From assembly GCA_051294375.1 (NCBI GenBank), contig CM119266.1:7522933-7586932 (forward strand): DNA of 64,000 nt. The letters run 5' to 3'. The stretch is from Paraspadella gotoi. Taxonomy: Eukaryota > Animalia > Chaetognatha. Of the stretch, positions 1 through 12,700 are shown one piece after another. The notes beneath the pieces are model-generated. The model had not been told where the DNA came from and did no database searches. It worked only from the letters and a program-made list of their open reading frames with translations. How positions within the stretch are numbered: position 1 is the stretch's first letter; each line of letters opens with the position of its first letter. The position numbers were made by a program, and so were the translations under genes.

Positions 1-386
1 CCGGCTCGAGGGGAGGAGGGCGCCGCGCAAGAAAGGAAGACGCCGATAGGCGCGCAGGTCGTAACTAGAGGTGAAAAAATACTGCAAATGTTGTTGCGAG
101 AGAGTAAAACTCTTAGTGAAAAATTCTTTTTGTATTAATAAACTTAGTATGTGAGTATATATTCTAATCTATCATAGAGCACGGTAGAGAGAGAGAGAAG
201 AGACGACCCGGAGACGAAGAAGGAAGGGACCATCGAGCAGAGAACACCGAGAGAATGCGGCACGCGGCATGGACGGGCTTGCCTAAGAGCTTCCATGCTC
301 TACGCTTATCGCCAGCGATTAAGCGCCTGCGAGACAATGACAGTAAGAAGAGAGAGACGAGAGAAAAGAAAGACAGATAATATATA

Positions 387-431
<45 letters not shown>

Positions 432-542
432 AAAAGGGGAGAGAAAAGAAAGAAAGTTAAAAAATAGATAGGGAAGACAGGGACTCTGAGAATGAATAAA
501 CGAGACTGAGAGAGTCTTGATTGAAAGCTTGAAGGGACCTGC

Positions 543-1210
543 TATGTCATTATCCTGTTTATCTTATTTATAAATTAAAAGTACAATCTTTTCCGTAAGA
601 AAACAAAACTATAAATAATATAAACTACAAAATGCAATTTATTACAAAAAGTAATGAAAATACATTGATAATTTAATAGTATAATTTTTTAATTCAAATT
701 TCAGAAAGTTAAAATTAGTGCTTTTGTTGTTTTTTTTTCTTCTAGTTTATTAAACGTCCGCAAAGTAAGGGCGCTCTGTATTAAAATTCAACGAAACGAC
801 GGACAGATGAACAGCGGTTGGAAGGAGAGTAGAGTTTTATTTTCATTTAAAAAACATGCGAATTAATAGGNNNNNNNNNNTATGTCATTATCTTGTTTAT
901 CTTGTTTATAAAGTAAAAGTACAATCTTTTCCGTAAGAAAACAAAACTATAAATAATATAAACTACAAAATGTAATTTATTACAAAAAGTAATGAAAATA
1001 CATTGTATAATTTAATAGTATAATTTTTTAATTCAAATTTCAGAAAGTTAAAATTAGTGCTTTTGTTGTTTTTTTCTTCTAGTTTCATAAACGTCCGCAA
1101 AGTAAGGGCGCTCTGTATTAAAATTCAACGAAACGACGGACAGATGAACAGCGTTTGGAAGGAGAGTAGCGTTTTATTTTCATTTAAAAAAAGTTATGCG
1201 AATTAATAGG
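543..1210. repeat. ~330-bp near-identical direct duplication flanking a 10-N gap (543-870 vs 881-1210)
   Basis: The same sequence (tatgtcattatc...gcgaattaatagg) lies on both sides of the gap with few differences; probably an unmerged contig overlap or haplotypes. Confidence 0.85.
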
Positions 1211-2213
1211 ATATTCAAATATTATATTTACGGTATAGAGTAGCAAAGCATTGTGTATTTTGTTTTGAAATATTTTAAGTAACTTTTGATGAAATATTAT
1301 TATGAGGAACAGCGTATTTTACCATCATCGACTTAAGTCCAATAACAAAAATATATATATTTTACTTAGTTTTATTCTTAAACAAATATTTCATTAAACA
1401 AATCTATTTCTTGAACTCAACTCGTGACTGTTTTTTCAGCAAAGAAAATAATCCTTCGAAAAACTGAGGCTTTTTAAACTCCTCGTTCTTCTTTGTGGTG
1501 AAGCAAAATGGGAGAAACATAGTGTAAAGATCGGCGGTTGTCAGATATTATTAAAATGATATTTAATTAATGAGCGTTTTAAGAGTGAGCCTAGATTGAA
1601 AATGGTCAAGTTTTTGATTTGGAGCTGAAGACAGAATTCCCAAAAAGAACCAATCCTCAGGGGAACAACAAGGCTAAAATAAATTGACTAAATATTCATT
1701 AACATTACGTTGTGTTTATAATAGTCATTTGACGGACGAGCTGACCGACGACCTAAATTAGCGAGTCTACGAGTTCGTTCGATTAATCTCAAATTGAAAT
1801 ACTTGTAATAACCAAATTAGGGTTTCTTTCCTAAAAAATCAAGACGGTGGACTCAACATCTTTATTCTTTCTTCGCCGGTTTACGTGTTTCGCAGTTATA
1901 CGTAAAATGGAAATATCCAAATGAAATGGTTACAACCATATACATATTTATCCTCATTTAATAAATAAGCTATCTTGCCACTGACTTTGAAAGGCTGGTT
2001 GGGTGGCTTTAAGGCTCTCCATCACTCTTACAAGATATGACATAGCAATATTTTTCGAACAACGAAACTGCTTCATCCTCGTCTAATTGAAACTAATCGA
2101 AAAATCCGATTTTTTTCTCCCTCTTTTTCTCCCGTTAAACTTCTGCAATCGGTTTTAGGCCAACCGATCGACGCCTTAAATATCCTTACATTTTCTCTTC
2201 AAACACATTGAAA

Positions 2214-2670
2214 ATGGATATTTGTTCGTTTTGTTCGGCGCCCGCTGTGATCGTGGTCGTAGTTGTTTGTGTCTCTTTATCTCCTTCTTGGAAGGTATGA
2301 ATACGAATTTTAGAAGTAATAAAACGACTAATGTTTAATATTTTTAACCAATCATGTTGTATAATATTTTTAACGCCTGTTCTCATTCGTTGACTAATCA
2401 GTGGACAGTGGACAGTTATTGACATTAACTGGCCAATATTTGTTTCATATATATTTTCCTTATAATATAATAAAACAATTAATAAACATTGATAATAAAA
2501 ATAAACAATGATAAATATTAAACGCAGGAGAAATGCGGCCAAGTCACTGGACCCAACGGTTCCCAAAAAAAGGACTGTGTTGCTTCATATGTTTCCCCGG
2601 GACCAAAAAGCCCAAACCTTTCACCGTTTCCCTCAAATTGGAAATGTTTCTGCGCGTGACCAACGATACC
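2214..2670 (+). pseudogene. Partial, indel-ridden copy (exons 1-2) of the FAXC-like gene at 4747; part of a ~2008-2800 duplicate of ~4539-5340
   Basis: Exon 1 is 2214-2294 (ATG...GAAG|GT) and exon 2 is 2528-2670 (VLLHMFPR...). Flanking non-coding DNA is near-identical to the 4747 copy and the copy stops at the gap at 2814. It may be an assembly duplicate rather than a true pseudogene. Confidence 0.6.
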
Positions 2671-4746
2671 GTAATGAAACTGTAAATTAGATCAACACTT
2701 GTCCATATTAAAAAGTCGTACTACTACGAGCTATTACCATTAGTCATAAACAACTAGCTATTAAAAATAATATGAAAATTATAACAGATTTACAACCGAT
2801 TACATCTCTCTTCNNNNNNNNNNNNNNNNNNNNNNNNNATTACATTGTCAGTGGTTGCCAGTCATTTAATTTATAATTAATTAAATCCTTATCTTTTTTA
2901 CATTGCAAACTCGTCATTCTTTATTTCGTTATTTATTCCTGTTGTTTTTGTTTCTCTCTCACTCTCTCTCTCTGTTCCAACAGCTTTCACTTCTTTTACA
3001 ATCTCACTCAATCTGGCCTTACCTCGACCATCCTGACCACTATTCTGTCTCACCACTTTCGGTGGGAAAACTTTTTACCTTTTCTCTTTCTCTTCTCATC
3101 TCTCTCTCCTCTCTCACACTTCTTCTTTACACAAACTTTATTCATGAATGTCAATGTATGCTTATGCAAGGCTTGTACAGTAACAAGCCGAACGATGTCC
3201 AACTATTAATTAAAAATCTTGTTACAAAGATTCAACAATTCGTTTGTGCTTTCTTTAAATTAAATTAATTGAGAATATTTTTTATAATGTTTGCGGCTGA
3301 CTCGGAAAACAAAAATTTATAGAAAAATTTGAGGCGTGTTTTTTTGTGATAAAGAAACCTGCGTATTTTATTCAAAAATAGTAAAAGTTAAAAAATGATG
3401 TAAAATAATAACAAACAACAACGTAGTATTTACATTGCTGAAGAAAAAGGTCAGCCATAACAGATTGGGATAAAAACAGGTCATTCTTATTTGACCACTA
3501 CCTTTTACTCACGGCTCACTAAAGACAAAGACTTCGTCTGTCTTTATCGTCATTGTATTCATCGTCGGTTGTCGTCTTTGGTTCAAAATCATTTGAGCTC
3601 CCAAATGTTTGATGTTATTATTTCAAGTAATTATATGTAAAATAATTTATTTTTTTTTCAATTAATTAATCAATTACCATTACCCGTTAATGCATCGTGG
3701 GCCAGATCCGGCATTGTTTGCTCAAACTTTTATTAATAATTTTGATTTATTTATTTCTATATTATTTATTACTTTTTTATTTGCTTTTTGTTCAGGCAAA
3801 GGGGAAAAAAAAAGAAGATAGAGAGGAGAGTGTGTGTTAGAGATTTAAGTATGCTATAAGGCATTGAATATTATGCAATATGCCCAATAAAACAGATCAA
3901 TCCTTTTGGTTTAAACTTGTTCTGTAACATGAAAAATGTTATGGAATTTTAAAAAAAAGACTTAAATTTTAAAAGAAAAAATAATAAAAATATAAAAAAA
4001 AATTTTTAGTTTTATAGAATTAAAAAGTTTAATCTAAATTTAAATTTAAGTTAATTACAGTTTTTTTCCAGATAGAACAAAATCTTTTTTTAGCTCAGAT
4101 TATTTGAATATATTAATAAGATAATTATACAAAATAAATATTAATTTGTTATTAGATGTTCTCGACCAAAGAGGAAAAGAGAATAAAAGGAGAAACAAAA
4201 AAATGAAACGAGAGAATAAGCAAAAGTTAATAAGAAAAATTAGAGCCAAACAATTTAAATGCTTGAAACAAATAAATAATTGGAAAAAAATTTTAAGAAG
4301 AAAAATCAAAGAAAGAGCAGGGGTTGCAAGATTTAATACATTAAAATACCTTCCATTTCCAACCCAATAAAAACAAATGACCAGGAAGCCGAAACACGCC
4401 AGGGGTTTTATAGCTTCCGGGTTCCAATCCTTTATTCTCAATTTTTTCCTCATCGCCTCCCCGTTTCGGTTCTTCAAAAAATCGGCCGCTTCCACAGTGT
4501 TTCGGTTTCGCTTTCCGGATCGGCGTTCACATCTCTGGTTTAAGGCCTCCATCACTCTTACAAGATAATGACATAGCAATATTTTTCGAACAACGAAACT
4601 GCTTCATCCTCGTCTAATTGAAACTAATCGAAAAATCCGATTTTTTTTCTCCCTTTTCTTTTCCCGTTAAACTTTCTCCAATCGGTTTTAGGCCAACCGA
4701 TCGACGCCTTAAATATCCTTACATTTTCTCTTCAAACACATTGAAA

Positions 4747-7130
4747 ATGGATATTTGTTCGTTTTGTTCGGCGCCCGCTGTAATCGTGGTGTGTCGTAGT
4801 TGTTGTGTCTCTTTATTCTCCTCTTGGAAGGTATGAATACGAAGTTTTAAAGTAATAAAACGACTAATGTTTAATTATTTCAAACCAATCGTGTTGTATA
4901 ATATTTTTAACGCCTGTTCTCATTCGTTGACTAATCAGTGGACAGTGGACATTATTGACATAACTGGCCAATTTTGTTTATATATTATTTTCCTTATAAT
5001 TAATAAAACATTAATAAACATTGATAATAAAAATAAAGACAATGATAAAATATTAAACGCAGGAGAAAATGCGGCCAAGTCACTGGACCAACGGTTCCCA
5101 AAGGACTGTGGCTTGCTGTTGCTTCATATGTTTCCCCGGGGACCAAAAGCGCCAAACCTTTCACCGTTTCCCATCAAATTGGAAATGTTTCTGCGCGTGA
5201 CCAAGATACCGTAATGAAACTGTAAATTAGATCAACACTTGTCCATATTAAAAAGTCCGTACTACTACCGGCTATTACCATTAGTCATAAACAACTAGCT
5301 ATTAAAATAGATATGAGAATTATAACAGATTTACAAACCGATACAAAATTTCGAAACCACCCAGCTTGCGTAACATGTAATGAAAACAATTTTTTCAGTG
5401 ACTAATCTTTAATTATTTCAAAATCTTGCGTCTATTAAAATCTTAAATCTTTAAATCTCGATTTTTTAATTCTAAATCTTTAATCCTTAAAATCTTAAAA
5501 TTTTAAATTCCTTTTCAGCTACATTTGCGACTTTAAAGACTTCATGTCCTCAAAAGGCAAAAGTCCGTGGATGCAACTCAACGGGGAAACGACTGCCGAT
5601 TCCCAGTTTTGCATCGATCGATTAAAGAGAGAAATCGGAGTCGACTTGGACGAGCATCTCTCTAGGAGGGAGAAAGCCATTTCCAGGGCGTTTCTGGCTG
5701 TGAGTCTGGGGTTGTATTTTAATCGCCTGGTTGACAAGCATTACCTAAATTTATTTATAGAATAATTTTTATTTGTTTTGGACTTATCTTGTTGTTGCGT
5801 TTGAGATTAGAATCAAATGGAAAAGTTTTGTTTTGTTTGCAGACAACGATTCATTGAAGTTAATTCGTTGTCTGCAAAGTGCAAACAAAACAATTTTTTT
5901 TATTTGATTCAAGATTAATTTTTTTAAAGATCTAATTTTTTCCTCTTCGTGACATCTGTAATCGGGCATTGCATTAGTTCACCCCGCCTATAAGCAAGAC
6001 ACTTTCAGTTGCGACCCGGTGGCTCAGTGAGTAAAGCCATCAGCGAGGTACCGGGTTCAAACCTACCCTGCGGGAAGCCTGAGGACGGCCGTAAACCGCC
6101 TTGGGGCGTGGAAAACCCCCAAGCCTGGTTCGAAGCCCAAGACCCCTTTTCATGGCTGTTTGAGAGGGTTAAAAAGTTGAGGATAGTCATCTTCAGCCTA
6201 CTTTGCGCCTTATCCAATATCCATAGGTCAACTTAATGTCAACATCTCATGTCACATGATCATTGATCATTAATAATCTTCCGTCTCCTTCAGCTCATCG
6301 AAGATTGCTTTTACTGGACGCTACTCACCAGCCGTTGGGTTCGAGCCTCCGACAATTTGCTGAAATATTTTCCGATTCATCATCGTCTCATCATCAGAAT
6401 GACATCGATTCCAAATTTGAGGAAACAGTCCTGGATGCAAGGTAAACTTACCAGTGATGATGATCTCACTACCTCACTTACCCGCTTTACTCCAAGGTAT
6501 GGGTCGTCATTCTCGCGAGGAGCAGTGGGAAATCTTCAAAAGCTGCATGGACTCACTCAGCGATTACATGGGCGATAAACCTTACCTTATGGGAGAGAAA
6601 ATATCGGAGGTGGAGGACGAGGACTTGAAGTTCACAAATTGTGAAAAACAAAAAAAGTATTTTGTTATAAAAGAAATGATTGAAGATCATCACAGGAAAA
6701 TGACCAGTGAGTGGATCTGGAATGACCAAATGGGTTTGCCTTCTTTGGCTTTTCCCCTCTTTTTCATTGCTAGATTGACCAATCAGAGATTATATTGAAA
6801 ATTTGCAAGATTACATTTTTTACTAAATTAGACTATATATTAAAGTTACGTCTGGAAAAATCATATGCAAATATTTTTTAACAAGTGAAGGGGTCATGTA
6901 TTATTACCTAATTAGTAGTGGTTCTTTTAAACCCTCGTCATATTTTTTATAGATCGATCTGCAGTCTTCTTTGGTCTCATGGTTGCAAATTATCTATCAC
7001 TGACTTTGAAGACGAGTTCACAAGGTTACGGTGAAGTCGTCACTGTCCTTTAATCTTGTCAACTTTTTGTGTAAGGAATCAGAAAGACTTTCTGCGGTCT
7101 TGACTCACAGGATTCTTGCCGAATAATGGG
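4747..7130 (+). CDS. FAXC: Failed axon connections homolog (metaxin-like GST-fold protein), paralog B, 6 exons
   Basis: Exons are 4747-4830, 5063-5210, 5519-5699, 6294-6441, 6497-6609 and 6953-~7130 with GT-AG boundaries. Motifs LHMFPRGPKAPNLSPFPIKLEMFLR, SSKGKSPWMQLNG..ADSQFCI, LIEDCFYW and QGMGRHS..DSLSDYMGDKPYLMG are typical of the FAX/metaxin family. Exons 1, 2 and 6 contain indels (probably sequence errors), so the 3' end is approximate. Confidence 0.82.
5961..6225 (+). mobile_element. tRNA-headed SINE-like element, family A, in FAXC intron 3
   Basis: Pol III A-box-like TGGCTCAGTGAG (6020-6031) and B-box GGTTCAAACC (6054-6063). A homologous copy lies at 59089-59356 and a partial inverted copy at ~11764-11836. 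Confidence 0.75.
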
Positions 7131-7936
7131 ACATATTATGGAATCCAGGTATGTCATGTAATATTGTTATTTGTTTTTAATTCTGTTGAAATTGTTAAAG
7201 GATTATGGGAATTTCTTTTATGCATTAAATAATATTTTAAAGTCTTAGCCTATTTGTCTACTCATGCTAATAAAAACAGTTTTGTTGTTATTGGTTTAAT
7301 TTAAATTAAACAAACAAGAGAAGCCAGAAGTTTTTACAAGTGCAAAAATAAATGAAAGTGAAAAATTTAAGCAAAAAGATTTTAGTCATAACAATAATAA
7401 TAATTAAATTATAAATCAATAGAAAACTATGCTGTCAAAAAAAATCTTAACTTCGCTTTTTGGAAAAGTAATAACGCCTTTTGAGTTATTTATCTGGCAA
7501 CAGCCGGAGTTGCTCGTTGATGCCCATTGGAGCATGGGGCATTCTCACTGTTGGCTTTTGGCGGCTTCCGACCCCAGAAGACTCCTCCAGTCACTGGCGC
7601 TGGTTACCCCTAGGACGGTCTCCGCGTTTGCCAGACGCAGGGAAGTCTGAGTGAGGACTGTGGATTGGAACACTACTGTGTACTGAGTTATGGTGTGTTC
7701 CCCGTCTTTTGAGCAATGATCTCAGGCTGAAGGCTGGTTAGACGTGAGGCCGATTGTGGATATACCGCCACAATTGCCTTTATTTCATATCTTTTTATTT
7801 TATCCCAAAAGAGAGCAAAAATGACAAAGGATTCAAAAACAAAAGATCTAAACAAGAAATAATTATTGTTAGAGTTTTTAAAACTTAAATATTCATAAGC
7901 TGATAGAATTTTGTTCATCAGAGCTGATTGAAAAGT

Positions 7937-8009
<73 letters not shown>

Positions 8010-8111
8010 CTTCTGTCGTCTGCTCTTACGATTCAAAACCGGTTCTGAAATGTATTACTTGTCAACATTTATTAGTTGTATAAACATTACCTACTCGACT
8101 AACAAAACAGG

Positions 8112-10159
8112 ATGGATCTCAGTTCCTTTTGCTCGGCGCCCGTTATAGGCTTGGCCGTCGTCGTCGTTCCCGTCTCACTCTATTTTCTATTTGGCAGGTA
8201 GTTAATAAGTGAGAAATATAAAATATAATTAATTAAGTTTCTTAAAAAACTAATCATTTCTTGAGAAGAAAATCGGCCAAGAAGCTGGACCCAACACTCC
8301 CCAAAGGGACTGTGTTGCTTCATATGTTTCCCCGGGGACCAAAAGCGCCTAACCTTTCACCGTTGCCCATCAAACTGGAGATGTTTTTGCGCGTGAACAA
8401 GATACCGTAATATGTTTGTGTATATAATTATATAATGTTAGCTCACTAAAAGTCAAATACTACAGTTTCTAACTACCTGTATTCCTTTTGGGCTTATTTA
8501 TTATTAATTGACAATTAATAGTAAATTGATAGAAAGAGTTGATAATAATACAGTACCTAGAAAATAAATCATTCATTTTGATATAAAACTTTTAAACTTT
8601 AAACTTTTAACTGCAGCTATAAATGCGACTACAAAGACTTCATGTCCTCAAAAGGCAAATGTCCTTGGATGCAATTCAATGGCGAAGCGACGGCTGACTC
8701 TCAGTTTTGCATCGAGAGGCTGAAGAGAGAATTGAACATCGACATGAACGGGCATCTCTCCTTAGAGGAAAAGGCCGTTTCAAGGGCATTTGTTGCCGTG
8801 AGTTAAAAGATTGACAAGTTTACTTTTAGCATGTTTTTTCATTGCCAAAAACCAATGAACTCTTAATCCAATCTCAGTTGTTATTCATATTCAAATTTAA
8901 TGGTAAATTCACGCAAAAACATATCAATTAGACAAGAATAAAATTAATTTTGTGATCACATGACCGTATTTTTAAGTGAACAAACTGCTGCGGTTTGAAA
9001 CTTTACAAAACAATTAACTAACAAAAGACTTATATATCTGCACAAGAATTTACTTAACGCTAATCAAATAAATATATTATGATATCTAAGCATGATCAAA
9101 AGTTTTTTCACCTTTTCTAAACACAACCAATGACTAACCTTGCGCCCATGACTGTTTCTTCAGCTGGGGACTAAAACGACATTCATGATGAAAGCCAGCA
9201 GCTTTGGAAACCTAAAGGCTTTCAAGGTGCGCTCGGGTGCGAGGCGGTCCAGCGGCTACAGGCAAGGGGCCAGTAGAGACAGTCCTCTATAAGCTAAAAA
9301 AAAAGATGAAATTATTGTTAAAATTCTTGTAAAACATTTTTAATATTTCAAACTGATTAGTTCTAAAAAGATATATGCCTAAAAATCTGAATAATATCTT
9401 ATTTCTTGAAGATATCTAAGTTCAATTTATTTGAAATTTTTGGANNNNNNNNNNNNNNNNNNNNNNNNNNNNNNNNNNNNNNNNNNNNNNNNNNNNNNNN
9501 NNNNNNNNNNNNNNNNNNNNNNNNNNNNNNNNNNNNNNNNNNNNNNNNNNNNNNNNNNNNNNNNNNAGGTAAGGAGTCGGCAATTAGTTATCTATGAATA
9601 AAAATATTTGAATATGACTGAATTAAATGCAAAGTTTTTAGCTTAGTTGGCTTAATTGATATATATTTTTGAACATGGTTGGCCAACTATTTTATTTAAC
9701 TATGGTTGATAAAATATATATGATTTCAACTGAGGATGACTAATTAGTACAGTTAATTGAATCTTGCTGCACAAAACAAAACAAAACATGCTTGTGACAT
9801 GTTTTATAATTTGTCTCTGCAAAGGAATATTTTTGTTTTTCGCGACTAAATTTATTATTGACATAGTAGCAGACATATTTTAAACAGTTTTCTGTTCTTT
9901 ATTGTGATTTTGTCATAGTGTCCTAATATTTTACATTATACAATATACATTTAACAGTCAAATTTTTCTTTCTAACTCTCCTGCCTTTATTCAGGTGGAC
10001 TGCACGCTCTTCGGTTCCATGGTGCAGATCGTGTATCACGATCTCGAGGACGAAGTTCACAAAGATTACGTGAAACTTCACTGTCCGAATCTCATCGATT
10101 TCGTGAAGAGAATCAAGAACGAATTTTGGGCGGAGACTAAATACTTTAAGGAGGAGTGA
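8112..10159 (+). CDS. FAXC: Failed axon connections homolog, paralog C (exons 4-5 missing or in the gap)
   Basis: Clean exons are 8112-8197 (MDLSSFCSAPVIGLAVVVVPVSLYFLFG), 8266/8269-8406 (LHMFPRGPKAPNLSPLPIKLEMFLR), 8617-8797 (SSKGKCPWMQFNG..ADSQFCI) and a last exon 9995-10159 (VDCTLFGSMVQ...CPNLIDFVKRIKNEFW...TGA). A donor AG|GTAAG follows the gap ending at ~9566, and AATAAA lies at ~10297. Confidence 0.85.
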
Positions 10160-10542
10160 AAAGGGGGGTGTAAAGAATCTGGGATTTTGTGGTCGTCATA
10201 AAAGAAATATATGTTTTAACATATTCGTTGTAAACATAGTTTAAGTCACGGTTCCGTACTCAAGTGTGGGTCTGTCTGGATGTGGTTATTCCGTTAAATA
10301 AAGTAATATTATATATATATATAAAATATAAAATATAAAATATCGGCGTGAAAGTAGAAAACGAAATAGAAAACAAAAGACACTCGAATCTCTAAGCAAA
10401 CAGAGAGTCGAAGCTAATCCCGTTCAACTTTAAAAACCAGTGCGGATCAAGTTCCAGAACCTAACTGTTTCAATATCAAGCTTTGTCTCGGTTCCCTTTA
10501 TATCATAGTCAATAAAAACACTGACTGGCGTCTCGCACCGAC

Positions 10543-12610
10543 ATGTCGTTTGTCGTCGTCGTCCTCGCCGTCATCGTCGTCGCTCTGTTGCTACGAAAAA
10601 TGGTCAACCGGGGACCGAAATGTGACGTTCCGCTCGTTGACTTTGGAGACAAATCTCACTGGCTGCTCGGGTTGATGAGAGTTCCGGTGAGTAGGGACAG
10701 GACTTGTAACTGTTTGAAACAGAAATAAATGTTACACAGTTGCTTACTTACTTGAAAGTTCTCTGAATCAATCTAAATTACAACAATATTACTTATTATA
10801 TAATTAATTATTTTATCGCATACTTTTCATGAGTCTACGATTAATGTTCATTCTGTCAGTGAGTTTAACAGAAGTTACAATATGAACTTTATTAGGTTAT
10901 AAAAATGTCCGTATAGTTCGCCAGTCTGTTTTCGTATTATATAAATGATTTGGAATACCATGTCTTATTCATGCCGGGCGAAAAATGAAAATTGACTCAA
11001 ATTATGCAACAGAGGGAAAGACATCTAGGACCATTAGTTTATAAGTTTATACTATTACGTTAAATATTATATTATGGTGGACTAAAATCCACCAACCGTT
11101 CATCAGTGGCCATTGGTGACGGAGGCAAGTCGTTCGCCTCCCAACCTAAAAGTCGGGGTTTTAGCCCGGTGGCCACCGAGCAGTTAAGAGGAACGGGGCG
11201 CTTAACCCCCCTGTAACACGGTGTTACAGCCTGATCCGAAGCTCAGGGACTGCTTATATTGAACGGTTCTGCCACTAACACATAACATTAATCACTGATC
11301 TCTTCAATATAAAAAAATTGTCAACTCTGCAGAATATTTACCAAGTAGGCCTTATAACTATAGTACTGCGCAGATTTTAACAGCTCACTCACCCACCCAC
11401 CCCTACCTCTTCAACAACCTCGTCCAGTTCGAAAAGTTCGCCGTGATTGTGACGGAGAAGTCCCGCACCGTCGGCCCGCTCTTTCGGTTTCACTTCGTCC
11501 CTTGGGTCGACTCTTCGATCGTCGTCGTCAACGACCTCGAGATGATGAAGGAGATGTTCAGTCGGAAGGAGTTCGCGTCCAGGGATCCAGTGGAGGATGC
11601 GGGGGTGCACATGCTCAATCCCAATAAGAAAGGTTGTGGTTGGAAAGATGGGAGGTAGACGATGTGATCGTGGATAGGTTGGTTGTGATTATGCGGGTTT
11701 ACTTATTGGTATTACTAATTAGTAATAATCGAGGATAACTCTTTACATTTATCAATGAATTGTGGATATAAGGCGCCTGTGGAAAGGGGAAATTAGCCTT
11801 GGGGGTTTTCCACGCCCACAGTGCGGTTTAAAGCCGTTTACACTGTTTACGGAGTAGGCAACTGTTTGGGTTTAATAACGGTAGGAAAATATGGTTTTAA
11901 TTAATGAGCTGTTAATTTTGTCGTATAGACATCTTATATTAGATGTCTTGCACTGTCAAATTTTTTTATATGAATAATACAATATGCCCTAATTTTCAGG
12001 GATAATTCTCCAAGACTACACTCCAGTTTGGAAGAATCTGCACAAATTGTCCCTCTCGATCCTCAACTCCTTCGGGTTTGGAAAGCAATCAATGGAAATA
12101 AAGGTTTTAAAATCAATCAATCAATCAATCAATCAATTGATTATCCTAAAAAACACACATTACACCCCATTACTCCTCCAATCATTTTGACATAACATTC
12201 AATAAGAAACACAATCTACCCCCGAATCAATCAATCAATTAATCAATCAATCAATCAATAGATTATCCTAAAAACACACACATTACACCCCATTACTCCT
12301 CCAATCATTTTGACATAACATTGAATAAGAAACACTACCCCCGAATCAATCAATCAATCAATCAATCATTCCATCCGCAAGGTCTTGGAGGAAGCGGACG
12401 CTCTCGTCTCGGCGATGCTCTCCATCGAAGACGCCTTCGCCCCTGACGACCTCATCCGCGTCGCCGTCTCCAACGTCACCTGCAAACTCGTCTTCAGTGA
12501 GAGATCTGAGATCCGGCGCGGATCAGCGCTGCACGCATCGCTGTTAGTCGCCAGCGGAGCGTTCTTCGATCTATCCAACGATCCGGTCTTACATTTTGTG
12601 GCCGAGGTAA

Positions 12611-12700
<90 letters not shown>

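Noticed and set aside
1-345. GC-rich exon-like blocks (1-70, 178-341) with GT/AG boundaries
   Set aside because: No recognisable protein in any frame and the sequence looks noisy, so it cannot be supported as CDS.
7640-7730. Call as RNase P RNA gene
   Set aside because: The CR-I-like motif and its complement are present, but there is no room for the specificity domain or CR-II to CR-IV. Kept only as an unexplained structured island.
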